Notes: generated from the letters alone by a model not told the origin. Counted from the first letter of the stretch, positions 44,858-54,359 are shown. The stretch: 64,000 bases of DNA from a virus (IMGVR_UViG_3300025129_000005); one strand, 5' to 3'. Numbers and translations are program-made.

Positions 44858-46605
44858 TGGCTATTTCACGTACACAATTAATGGATAAAGTTAAGAGACG
44901 ATTGGGTGCCCCGATGGTTAAAGTGGAACTTTGTGATGAGCAGATTATTGACCATATAGACTATGCTCGACAAAAATGGATTAAATGGGCTATAGGAAAT
45001 GCAACTCAAGAGACGTATTTTACTGTTATGTTACAGGCCGGTAAGAGATTTTACGATCTACCTGCAGGAGTTCAAGAGGTCGTTTCGTATGATGACTCCC
45101 CTATTAAATCAGGTGGTATTAACACACTTTTTACTATTGATAACTTTATGTTTTCTAATGGGTTTTATGGAAACGCTTTTCAAGGTGGATATGATTTAGT
45201 TTCATATCACCTCGTTTTGGATTTTATGACCACTTTATCAAAATATAGAACAACACCTTATAATTATAAGTATCATAAATCTACTAATCAGATAGAGATT
45301 GATCCTGCGCCACCCTTTGACGGAAAACAGAAGAGTGTTAATATCAACCATCCAGTTACAGGTTTGCCTACAAAAATGTATGTTGATTCACCCGGATGGG
45401 TTTTATTGAGAACTTATATGATACAGGGTGCCACGCTTCCAAATTATACCCCTGATTGGAGTATGATCCTCAAAGAACGCAAGACCATAGTTGAACAAAG
45501 GACATTAACAGAGGTGGAGGTTTTGAATAAATCAATCCTCTTGAATCATACCCCATTAGATGATGATGTTGATAGAACCGACTTTAATATTGAAGAAGAT
45601 ACTACTGTTACTATCGGAGGTCTTGCGTCTGTGAAGGGCGTGGATTGGGACTTTCATTTTTATAATCCAAGGGTTATAACTTGGGCCCAACCAGAAAGAC
45701 AGGATCCTTATGGATTTGACGGAAATGTTAGTGTTGGTGATCAAATAACCATCACATATCCAGTCATATTTAATTCACAACACTATCCTGATGAATGGGA
45801 TAATGTAACTGCCACTTCTACTGAGGTTGAACAGTATGTTTTGACACAATCAGACATAGATAGAGGGTTTGTGAAGCTACAGAAGAAGGTGTTTAATAAT
45901 AACATTAAAATGTCTATCGGCGGTATAGATCATTTATATGGTGAAGATTTTATTGTTATTAATAATAAAATTCTTGATTGGAATGGTTTGTCCATCCAAC
46001 CGGTGTTGACTGTTGGTGATGTCATTGTTGTTACATATGTGACGGTTACCAGTATGAAACCGTCAGGTGGATCTACAGCCAAAATGCATGGTGTTAAAAA
46101 ACAGTACACAACGAGAATAGAAAATTTTAATATCACACAAGATAATATTGATTCTAAATCAATAACATTAGAAGAACCTATTTCTATGTATGACGGAGTT
46201 AAGCTTTCAGCGGGAGGTTTCGCTAAAGTTCTTGGTATTGATTTTAAAATTGACTCGTATGACCCAAATGTTATTACTTGGAATGGTTTACAGATGGACG
46301 GTGATATATCACTTGACGATAATATTGTTGTTACGTATACATCAGCAAATCCTATTATAACCGAACTCGAAGAACAGTTATACGATGAGGATTGGATTCT
46401 TGATTATGTTACAGCTTTATCAAAGATATCTCTTGGTATGATTAGACGTAAGCCGAGTACGTTTTCGGGTCTTGGTAGTTCTGGTGTAGGTCTTGATGGA
46501 TCTGATCTTATATCGGAAGGTAAAGAAGAAAAAGATGATCTTGAGACTAGATTGCGTGATGAAGAAGCATATGAGGGTTACGGTATTGAAATAGGATTAA
46601 TGTAA
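44857..46605 (+). CDS. gp13: Neck protein gp13 with a three-repeat insertion
   Basis: L...V.RRLGAP.V.VEL..EQI.D.I..A N-term; W..DY..AL.K..LG..R.K C-term. Confidence 0.88.
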   Translation: MAISRTQLMDKVKRRLGAPMVKVELCDEQIIDHIDYARQKWIKWAIGNATQETYFTVMLQAGKRFYDLPAGVQEVVSYDDSPIKSGGINTLFTIDNFMFSNGFYGNAFQGGYDLVSYHLVLDFMTTLSKYRTTPYNYKYHKSTNQIEIDPAPPFDGKQKSVNINHPVTGLPTKMYVDSPGWVLLRTYMIQGATLPNYTPDWSMILKERKTIVEQRTLTEVEVLNKSILLNHTPLDDDVDRTDFNIEEDTTVTIGGLASVKGVDWDFHFYNPRVITWAQPERQDPYGFDGNVSVGDQITITYPVIFNSQHYPDEWDNVTATSTEVEQYVLTQSDIDRGFVKLQKKVFNNNIKMSIGGIDHLYGEDFIVINNKILDWNGLSIQPVLTVGDVIVVTYVTVTSMKPSGGSTAKMHGVKKQYTTRIENFNITQDNIDSKSITLEEPISMYDGVKLSAGGFAKVLGIDFKIDSYDPNVITWNGLQMDGDISLDDNIVVTYTSANPIITELEEQLYDEDWILDYVTALSKISLGMIRRKPSTFSGLGSSGVGLDGSDLISEGKEEKDDLETRLRDEEAYEGYGIEIGLM

Positions 46606-46616
46606 AGGAGAATATT

Positions 46617-46904
46617 ATGATTGATGAACTGGTAGAAAAATATATTAACGAGTCAACAGAATGGTTTTATGTTGTTGATGATAAGACCAAAGAGGTTATG
46701 CATGACCTAAAAACAGGTGGAGTTGCAACTTTTGATACTCTGTTTAATACGAACCATAGTAAGGTTATCGCCTACAAGACACGGAAGGGTGCGGATAATA
46801 AGATAAAAAATATATCAACAAAGTCTAAATTGACCGTGATGAGTAGAAGTGAACTAAAAGATTATTATGATAAAATGGGTGTGTTAAGTAAGGGAGGTTC
46901 ATAA
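46617..46904 (+). CDS. Hypothetical protein, possible internal head protein
   Basis: Starts MIDELVEKYINE/S; AAGGAG RBS. Confidence 0.65.
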   Translation: MIDELVEKYINESTEWFYVVDDKTKEVMHDLKTGGVATFDTLFNTNHSKVIAYKTRKGADNKIKNISTKSKLTVMSRSELKDYYDKMGVLSKGGS

Positions 46905-47128
46905 TGAGTACAATTGACCCTAAATGGCTACAGTATGATGAGAATAAGCTATCAATTATTGATGATGGTGGTATTAATAAATTGAGCATTAAATCTGGTA
47001 TCATACTTGATAGTGTATCTGTAGAGAAGGTTAACGATTCTAAAATTGAAATCAGAGAAACAAGACAGGGTGCCCCACTTAACCCTGGTCCGTTGGATTT
47101 TTATATCGAAGTACCAGATAAGGTTTAA
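46904..47128 (+). CDS. Hypothetical protein
   Basis: 74 aa; GGGAGG RBS. Confidence 0.65.
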   Translation: MSTIDPKWLQYDENKLSIIDDGGINKLSIKSGIILDSVSVEKVNDSKIEIRETRQGAPLNPGPLDFYIEVPDKV

Positions 47129-47138
47129 GGAGTTTTAA

Positions 47139-48263
47139 ATGGCAATATCCTGTCCACCAAACTGCGTTAAGGGTACCCCTTTATGGGATCTTTATGATGT
47201 AACGGATCAGAATCCCGAGTTTTGTTTATATGATTCTATTATATCAGAGTATGTGGACATGGCGGGATTCCCTGTTATGTATTATCGTGCAAAATCTAAA
47301 ATGGATCGCCTTTATGGGGAAGATCCTAATCAAGATTTTTATGAACCAGTACGCACAAAGCTTTATTATGAACCAACAGATGAACCTAACATTATAGATA
47401 TGTTTGGAATTAGATCAGACGAAACTTTGGAATATTCTTTGATGCCTAAGTCAACGTTTTCTCGTGATGTTGTTGGTGTGGTACAAGGGATCCCTAAATC
47501 ATTGAGTGTTGTTTTTGCTGGGAACGGATATTTTAATTCACAGTCAGTTCATACAATTGGTGGATCAGGTGAGGGTTTGAGAGTTGACATTAATGTAACT
47601 AATGGAGTTATTACTAAAATCAAAGTTAACACATTCAACAAGGGTTTTGGTTACAAAGTAGGTGACATTGTTTTGATTGATTCTGGTAACATTAATGCGG
47701 AATTTACAATAACATCAACAGTGGTTGAGGAAGTTATCCCGAGTCCGGGAGATGTTATTAAGACATTATGGAATAATAGAAATTATGAGATAGTTGATGT
47801 GGGCGCTGAACAAAATGTTTTCATGGCAAAAAAATTAGTATGGGAATTCATTTTGAGACCATATCGTTTTAGTGAGCAGTCATTAAGATCTGAGGAAATA
47901 CACAGAAGTTCTCCGGGATGGAATTATATATACATATATCCAGATGGTGTGTTGGCGGATGTTATGTACTCTGATGGAAGTGAGGTTACAGGCATTCCTA
48001 TAGATACTTTGGATATAGACCTTTCAGTATTGGAATGTGGATATAAATACAAGAGAAATGAAGACGGAAGTGTTGAATTGATAGAGGAAGTCCTTATTTT
48101 TGATCCAGATGATTCATCTGATACTCATACCGGTCAGTCAGGGGAAACATCGAATCTTAAAGATAAAAGTTCTCGTGTTTATGGTGATGATTCTTGGGTC
48201 GAAGTTGAGTCTGATAAAATTGATGATTATTCGGATGTTGATTCGAAAATATTTGGATATTAA
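47139..48263 (+). CDS. gp14: Neck protein gp14 with a beta-domain insertion
   Basis: E.....G..V.Y....D.LYGED....F, FG....E.L.., P.PGDVI..L....YEI..V, W...L.P. Confidence 0.85.
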   Translation: MAISCPPNCVKGTPLWDLYDVTDQNPEFCLYDSIISEYVDMAGFPVMYYRAKSKMDRLYGEDPNQDFYEPVRTKLYYEPTDEPNIIDMFGIRSDETLEYSLMPKSTFSRDVVGVVQGIPKSLSVVFAGNGYFNSQSVHTIGGSGEGLRVDINVTNGVITKIKVNTFNKGFGYKVGDIVLIDSGNINAEFTITSTVVEEVIPSPGDVIKTLWNNRNYEIVDVGAEQNVFMAKKLVWEFILRPYRFSEQSLRSEEIHRSSPGWNYIYIYPDGVLADVMYSDGSEVTGIPIDTLDIDLSVLECGYKYKRNEDGSVELIEEVLIFDPDDSSDTHTGQSGETSNLKDKSSRVYGDDSWVEVESDKIDDYSDVDSKIFGY

Positions 48264-48296
48264 TCTCCAAATGTTCGGATACTATGGAGACATATA

Positions 48297-49025
48297 ATGC
48301 CATTATTAGCTATAAAATCATTTGCCAAGAAGATAGGAAAACCGGAATCAACCGTCGAGAAGTATTGGGAAGAAGCTAAGACTGAATCAGGGAAAGAATA
48401 TAATAAGGAGACAGAGTCCAGAAAGTTCTACGGAACCGCTATGAAGATTCTTAAAAATAAATTGAAAAAACATGAAGGCTTAACTGAATCGAGATTTTTT
48501 AACTTCATCACTAAAGATGACGGTATTCACGAAGATAAATTTAATGGATATGTTGATCTTGATCATAAAGATATGGAACTCATAAAATTGTTTTCTGGTG
48601 ACAAGAAAATAAATGATCACAAGGATTTTCATAAATTAGCAGAAGATTTAGGCTTAAAAGAGGCAGCTGAATTAGAGGAGAGAGCTTATGCGATGCTTCA
48701 ATCTTTCTGGTCACAGGGTCGTGCTATGAAAAAGGGCATGGATTTCAAGGTTGATGAAAAGGAAGTTAAAATGGGGATGGAGGTAGAAAAAGAGCATACT
48801 GATAATCCTGTTATCGCATATCGTATTGCAATGGATCATTTAGCCGAAATGCCTGATTATTATACCAAGCTTGCGAAGATGGAAAGTGAGGGTGGAGTAA
48901 ATGAGTCAGACGAGATTTGGCATTGTGATGAATGTGGATGGGAAGGACCAAAATCCAAATTAAAACAACCCGGTGATAAGTGCCCCAAGTGTGGTGCAAA
49001 GCCCCCTGTTGTTCATAAAAAATAA
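48297..49025 (+). CDS. Multidomain protein: ChaB-like N-term, DUF5661-like domain, Zn ribbon
   Basis: VEKYWEEAK; MG.EVE.EHTD...A..IA.DHL.E.PDYY.KL..ME; CDEC...CPKC; LTE/S and VNE/S sites. Confidence 0.6.
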   Translation: MPLLAIKSFAKKIGKPESTVEKYWEEAKTESGKEYNKETESRKFYGTAMKILKNKLKKHEGLTESRFFNFITKDDGIHEDKFNGYVDLDHKDMELIKLFSGDKKINDHKDFHKLAEDLGLKEAAELEERAYAMLQSFWSQGRAMKKGMDFKVDEKEVKMGMEVEKEHTDNPVIAYRIAMDHLAEMPDYYTKLAKMESEGGVNESDEIWHCDECGWEGPKSKLKQPGDKCPKCGAKPPVVHKK

Positions 49026-49034
49026 GGAATAGTT

Positions 49035-49883
49035 ATGCCGAGACAACATTATTTTTATAATGTGATGCGTAAAACAATCATTCAGTTTCTTGATATGTTT
49101 AATGATATTGTTATAGCTAGATATAATCAGGATACAGGTGCTGTAATTAAATACATTAAAGTTCCATTAAAATTTTCCCCTAAAACAAAACAGTGGTATT
49201 GGACTGAATTAAGGGAATCCGGTGATAGAAGAGATCAGGTACTTCCTATGATGGCTATTAATCTTGAGAATGTAGAATTTTCGTCAGATAGACAGGTCAA
49301 TCGTAATGCAAAAATAGAAGCATTGAGTGAAGGTAGTAATTCAACCCAATTTTTTAATCCCGTACCTTATGATTTTTCTTTTAGTCTACAGATAGCGGCG
49401 GAGTATATGGTCGACGTTACGCAAATCGTTGAACAAATATTTCCATTTTTTACACCAGAGGCGTGGATTAGGGTTACTATACCAGAATTGAGTATAGACG
49501 GTCTTGCCAACAAAGACCAGTCTGGTTCTGATAAATTGGAGTTGAGAGTTACTTATGAGGGATCAAGTAAAGAGTCCCCGGTTGAATTGGATGAGGCTGG
49601 ATATAGAGTTCTTCTCTGGAAATTGGATTTTAAGGTTCAGGGCTATCTATTTTCACCTATTACTGAAAGTAAACCAATTCATAAAGTTATTCAGAGTTAT
49701 TATATAACAGAAGATGCGTGGAACAGACAGGTGTCTGATAATGTGAATGAACCTGCGGAACTAGGGTCATCTGCCATGCACGGGGTAACAAGTGCCTCAT
49801 ACATTCCACCAGAAGGTATTCCGGTGGACGATGAAATTAGAATGATGTACAAATATGAACATTTTATAGAAGGTGAGGGATAG
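49035..49883 (+). CDS. gp15: Tail sheath stabiliser / neck protein gp15
   Basis: FY..MRK.I..F..MFNDI.I.R...KVPL.F.PK.K..LP.M....YD..F.L.I.....D..QIVEQI.PFFTP. Confidence 0.92.
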   Translation: MPRQHYFYNVMRKTIIQFLDMFNDIVIARYNQDTGAVIKYIKVPLKFSPKTKQWYWTELRESGDRRDQVLPMMAINLENVEFSSDRQVNRNAKIEALSEGSNSTQFFNPVPYDFSFSLQIAAEYMVDVTQIVEQIFPFFTPEAWIRVTIPELSIDGLANKDQSGSDKLELRVTYEGSSKESPVELDEAGYRVLLWKLDFKVQGYLFSPITESKPIHKVIQSYYITEDAWNRQVSDNVNEPAELGSSAMHGVTSASYIPPEGIPVDDEIRMMYKYEHFIEGEG

Positions 49884-50383
49884 TGAGACAAAACTTAAAT
49901 AAAGCTACAGCAAGTAATTTTCAATTAATATTTCCAAAGATTCCTACTGGCAGCACTATAAAAGATATGAAACAGTTGACGATGAATATTCATTCAACTG
50001 TTATACCGTCTCTGACCCTTGAAACAACAGATATATCATGGCAGGGTGGTATCTATCGACAGGATATCGGAAGTCTTACATTTGAACCATGGTATGTAAA
50101 TTTTACAGTCGATTCAACTTTTTCTAACTGGTTGACGTTATATAAATGGCTTACTTTTATAAATAATAATAAGGATACATATGGACGTGCAACCAACGAG
50201 TATAAAGTTGATGCGACGTTACAAATTTTGGACAATTATAGACAAGAGATTCTCGTTATGGATATCCACGGGATATTTATAAATATGTTAGGTGAGATTA
50301 CACTGACGTATCGAGAGGGAACTCAGAATCTAGAATCTAGTGCAAATTTTACTTACGATAGATATGAAATTAGAAATATCTGA
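49883..50383 (+). CDS. gp3: Tail tube terminator gp3-like
   Basis: NFQL.FPKIP, IPS.TL, L.FE...V.F.VD...NW..LY.W, F.YD.YE. Confidence 0.75.
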   Translation: MRQNLNKATASNFQLIFPKIPTGSTIKDMKQLTMNIHSTVIPSLTLETTDISWQGGIYRQDIGSLTFEPWYVNFTVDSTFSNWLTLYKWLTFINNNKDTYGRATNEYKVDATLQILDNYRQEILVMDIHGIFINMLGEITLTYREGTQNLESSANFTYDRYEIRNI

Positions 50384-50408
50384 TAATAATTAGGAGGATA
50401 ACAATATT

Positions 50409-52721
50409 ATGGCTTTCTACCTTTCCCCACTCGTAGACGTGAATGAAATTGATTTGTCTACAACGATCCCAGCAGTTGCAACCAGTATAGGTGTGATTGT
50501 GCTTAGAAATACGTTTAAAGGACCAGAAAACACAAAACAACTGGTTACAGATGAAAATGACTTGATCCGTACTTTTGGTGAACCGACAGGAACATCTTAT
50601 GAGGATATTATGTCGGCTACAGGGTTTTTAAAGTTTGGTAATAAATTATACTGTACAAGGGTTATGCCTGATGACGCGAGATTTGCATCAGTTAAAATAG
50701 ATGATGCGGGTGTATCTGGAAGACTTGAGACAGGTGGTGTAGGTCTTACGATAACATTTGGCGATGAGACTGGAAATGTTTCAACCCTTACCAGTGGAAC
50801 ACCACTATCAACTTTTTCTGGAGTTTCTAATGGTGTTCATGAAGTAACTCTAAATGGTGGTTTACTTGGTACAGGTATTAAATTAGAAATTACCGTTTCT
50901 GCTAACAGTATAACAAACACCACTATTCTTGATGGTGGTCAAGGGTTTGTTGCTGGAGAACCGATAATTGTTAACGGAACTGATATCGGTGGATCTGGCG
51001 GTTCTGCCACTTACACCGTTGCGGTCGGAGGTCTTAGTGCTAATGCCGCAGGAGTTATTGATGCGGGCGAGTTGACACTTAACGATGGTGGTATTCGTTA
51101 CGCAGCAGGTCAGGTTTATGAGGTAATGGGAACTGTAAGTGGCGGTGATGTTAATCCTGCAGGTAGTGGAGCATTTATCACTATTGATACTGTTGATGCG
51201 GTCGGAACTGTTCTTACTTATTCTATAACTTCACCCGGTAGTGAATATCAGGGTGGTCAATTGTCATTGGCAGCTGTAACTAAAGCTGATGACCCTAATT
51301 CCATTATAGATATAGCAACCGCAACACTTGATGATTTGCCAACAGGGGACCCTGATAATTTTGGTGATGATATGTCGGTTGCCGGTGGTGACCTCATGTG
51401 GTTTATTTCTTCGTCAAGAGGAGCTTGGGGTGACGAAATTCGTGTTGCTATTATTGATCAACCGACACAACAGGATCTTTTGTATGGAGTGACAAATGAT
51501 ACTCCGGGTTTGCCGTCAGAAGTATTCAGTTCTATTGATAGTCAACTTGAAAAAGCTAATGACTTTTTGGTCATTGTTCAAGCTAAAGCACAAAGAAAAA
51601 ATACATGGTCAACTGTTGAAATATTTAACGTTTCTTCTGACCCGAATGCACTTGATGACACAGGTACTACACGTTATGTTGAGAGTGTAATCAATCAAAC
51701 ATCGGAATATGTTCGAGTTGCTATTTCTTCCAATATTATCGGTGATGATGTTGATGCAGCCGTTCAAGCACATCTCGCAACTCTTTCCGCTGATGTTTGG
51801 TATAATTTTGGTGACGGTTTTAATGGAACAGGTCTCGCTGACGATGGTAATATAATTAACGCTTATCGTCTTTATGAAAATTCTGAGGAAATTGATGTTA
51901 ATCTTTTCATTGATTCAGGAAAGCCTGATACCGTTAAATCCGATCTTATTTCTTTATGTGAAGAGCGTCTTGACTGTATGGCAATTCTTGATTGTCCTAA
52001 AAACCTCATTCTTAATAATAGAGGAAATGAGGCACTTAATCTTCGTGATTGGAGAAATATGACCATCGGAACATCTACATCATATGCGTCGTTGTATGGT
52101 AACTGGTTAGAAGTTTATGATAAGTTTAATCAGAAATATAGATGGATTCCTTCTTCTGGTTTTGTTGCTGGTGTTTATGCGAAAACTGATGATGTTCGTG
52201 ATCCTTGGTGGGCACCCGCTGGTCTGAACCGAGCAATTTTAACCTCTGTTCGTAGACTGGCTTGGAATCCTAAACTTGGATATCGCGATATTCTATACGC
52301 AAATGGTATTAATCCGATTGTAACATTCCCCGGAGAAGGCAAAGTTATTTGGGGACAAAAAACAATGTTGTCCAAAGAATCTGCATTCAATCGTGTTAAT
52401 GTTCGTAGATTGTTTTTGGTTCTTGAGAAGGCGATTTCTACCGCTGCGGTTTATTTCTTATTTGAGCCTAATGACGCGGCTACAAGGAACTTGCTGGTTA
52501 ATATGATTAATCCGTTCCTTCGTGATGTTAAGTCAAGAAGAGGTATTTACGATTTCAAGGTTGTTTGTGATGAAACTAACAACACACCAGCCCGTGTTGA
52601 TAGAAATGAGTTGTGGTGTAATATTTTTATTAAACCCACTCGTACTGCTGAATTCATCGTTCTGAACTTTGTCGCAACAGCAACAGGCGCATCGTTCGAA
52701 GAAGCGGCTGCGGCTGTTTAA
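50409..52721 (+). CDS. gp18: Tail sheath protein gp18
   Basis: LSP.V.VNEIDL, FG.P, WIP.SG.VAG..A.TD...PW.APAG.NR, LY..GINPI..FPG.G..IWG.KT, F.R.NVRRLF. Confidence 0.97.
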   Translation: MAFYLSPLVDVNEIDLSTTIPAVATSIGVIVLRNTFKGPENTKQLVTDENDLIRTFGEPTGTSYEDIMSATGFLKFGNKLYCTRVMPDDARFASVKIDDAGVSGRLETGGVGLTITFGDETGNVSTLTSGTPLSTFSGVSNGVHEVTLNGGLLGTGIKLEITVSANSITNTTILDGGQGFVAGEPIIVNGTDIGGSGGSATYTVAVGGLSANAAGVIDAGELTLNDGGIRYAAGQVYEVMGTVSGGDVNPAGSGAFITIDTVDAVGTVLTYSITSPGSEYQGGQLSLAAVTKADDPNSIIDIATATLDDLPTGDPDNFGDDMSVAGGDLMWFISSSRGAWGDEIRVAIIDQPTQQDLLYGVTNDTPGLPSEVFSSIDSQLEKANDFLVIVQAKAQRKNTWSTVEIFNVSSDPNALDDTGTTRYVESVINQTSEYVRVAISSNIIGDDVDAAVQAHLATLSADVWYNFGDGFNGTGLADDGNIINAYRLYENSEEIDVNLFIDSGKPDTVKSDLISLCEERLDCMAILDCPKNLILNNRGNEALNLRDWRNMTIGTSTSYASLYGNWLEVYDKFNQKYRWIPSSGFVAGVYAKTDDVRDPWWAPAGLNRAILTSVRRLAWNPKLGYRDILYANGINPIVTFPGEGKVIWGQKTMLSKESAFNRVNVRRLFLVLEKAISTAAVYFLFEPNDAATRNLLVNMINPFLRDVKSRRGIYDFKVVCDETNNTPARVDRNELWCNIFIKPTRTAEFIVLNFVATATGASFEEAAAAV

Positions 52722-52736
52722 TTAAAATAAGATAAA

Positions 52737-52758
52737 AGGGGGAGTTAATTCTCCCCCT
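52737..52758 (+). terminator. Hairpin / probable terminator after gp18
   Basis: AGGGGGAG-ttaatt-CTCCCCCT. Confidence 0.6.
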
Positions 52759-52783
52759 GTTAGATAATTAGGAGGATACAAAC

Positions 52784-53320
52784 ATGGGATTTAATCTTGA
52801 TGACATGATCGGTAAATATAGTGATTATGCTAGAGGGTATTTGTTTTACGCTCAAATAACAAACCCTAAAGGCGGTGTTCCCGGCGACCACCCCTATCTA
52901 GTTAGTTCGACACAATTACCGACACAGACATTAGGTACAACAGAAGTTCAATGGCAAGGAAGTGTTTATAAATTCGGAACTACTCATGAATTTGAGACCA
53001 TCGACATTACCTTCCGATCTGATACAGACCAAGAGTTGAGACGTTCGTTTTTGAGATGGCAACAAATAGCACATGATCCTGTAACAAATATGCACGGGAA
53101 CCCGATTGATTATTTTGGAACGGTCGGACTGTCACAACTTGACGGTAAAGGTGAACCTATTATGAAGTATGACCTGATTAATTGTTTTCCTAGTGTGGTA
53201 GGTGAAATTTCGTTGGATTATAGTTCAAAAGAAGTTTCTACTTTTAGTGTTACATTTGTATATCAATATCACACTGTTGATGATGTTTTTGATACAGGTG
53301 CTAGTGGAGCAAGTGTTTAA
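52784..53320 (+). CDS. gp19: Tail tube protein gp19
   Basis: AR.YLF, S..LP..TL...V..QG..YK..T.E...I.I.F..D, Y.L..CFP..VGEI.LDY, F.VTF.YQY. Confidence 0.88.
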   Translation: MGFNLDDMIGKYSDYARGYLFYAQITNPKGGVPGDHPYLVSSTQLPTQTLGTTEVQWQGSVYKFGTTHEFETIDITFRSDTDQELRRSFLRWQQIAHDPVTNMHGNPIDYFGTVGLSQLDGKGEPIMKYDLINCFPSVVGEISLDYSSKEVSTFSVTFVYQYHTVDDVFDTGASGASV

Positions 53321-53347
53321 GTTAAAATAAAAAAAGGAGTTTTATAA

Positions 53348-54097
53348 ATGAGTGATATTAAATCTGTGGATATCAGGGGACTACTTGATATATATGAATT
53401 CCCATATATTCTTCCCGGTAGTAGAAAGGAATTATTGATCAGACCTATTACTACAGGTCAAATGAAGAAAGTATTGGCATATGAGGACGAGACTGACCCC
53501 TATATCATCGAAGAAGCATTGGATAAATTGATTTCTGACTGTGTTGTTACGCCCGAATTTGATATTGGGAAAACCTATTTACAGGACAGGTTTTCCCTGT
53601 TACTTGAAATTCGTAGAGTCACTAAAGGTGATAATTATAATTTCACTAGAAAGTGTCATTCATGTGGACTGATGAATGTAGAGAGTATCAAAATTTCGGA
53701 ACTAGATGTGAAGCCCTTTATAAAAGTAGATAATATCTTGGTTATAAACGAAAGGCTAAAGTTTGAAGTTGATTTTCCAACACGAAATGATCAAAAGGAT
53801 TCTATAAGAAGGAATAATGATAGTAGTATGAGTTTAAGATCTCGACACGCCGAGGTTCAAACAGGAACTTATGCGAATTCTATAAAAAAGGTGCATACCC
53901 CGGAAGGAGTGTTCGAGGATGTGTCTTATGAAGATAAGGTCTATATTTTAGAGAACATTTCAAGTGATGTTTTTGAGAGGTTCACCAAATGGTTCACTGA
54001 ACATGATTTTGGTGTACAGTTTAAACAGGAACTTGTCTGTGTTGGATGCGGAAAGAAAGAAATAATCGAAATACCGTTATCCGATTTTTTCGTCTAA
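53348..54097 (+). CDS. gp26: Baseplate hub assembly protein / tail chaperone gp26-like
   Basis: Y.LP.S.K....RP.T...K..L, L..QD..LLL.IR....G, C..CG; ends C..CG.....IPL.DFF. Confidence 0.85.
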   Translation: MSDIKSVDIRGLLDIYEFPYILPGSRKELLIRPITTGQMKKVLAYEDETDPYIIEEALDKLISDCVVTPEFDIGKTYLQDRFSLLLEIRRVTKGDNYNFTRKCHSCGLMNVESIKISELDVKPFIKVDNILVINERLKFEVDFPTRNDQKDSIRRNNDSSMSLRSRHAEVQTGTYANSIKKVHTPEGVFEDVSYEDKVYILENISSDVFERFTKWFTEHDFGVQFKQELVCVGCGKKEIIEIPLSDFFV

Positions 54098-54279
54098 TAT
54101 TCGTTCTCTGTAATGATTGTGATCTTGAGTCTATACTCAAGGAGCAATACTTTCTGGCAAGGGGATCGAATATAACAATAACAGATAGTAATTTAATGCC
54201 AGAGTTTGAAAGGAAGATCATTTTTGGTATGCTGTTAAAAGATCTTAAAGAAGAATCTAACGCATATAAACAAAAATAA
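54046..54279 (+). CDS. gp51: gp51-like baseplate assembly catalyst, probably expressed as a -1 frameshift extension of gp26
   Basis: L..Q(Y/F).L......T....M..FER.I...ML...LKEE pattern; T TTT TTC slippery site at 54085-54091. Confidence 0.7.
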   Translation: MRKERNNRNTVIRFFRLIFVLCNDCDLESILKEQYFLARGSNITITDSNLMPEFERKIIFGMLLKDLKEESNAYKQK

Positions 54280-54317
54280 CCATATTCTTAGGGATTGACC
54301 CTAATGAGGCTCTATTT

Positions 54318-54359
54318 ATGGGTCTAAGAGACTAAATACTCTTAGACCCATTTGTTTTT
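54318..54359 (+). terminator. 13-bp perfect stem with ACTAAATA loop and T-rich tail
   Basis: ATGGGTCTAAGAG-actaaata-CTCTTAGACCCAT-ttgttttt. Confidence 0.65.
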
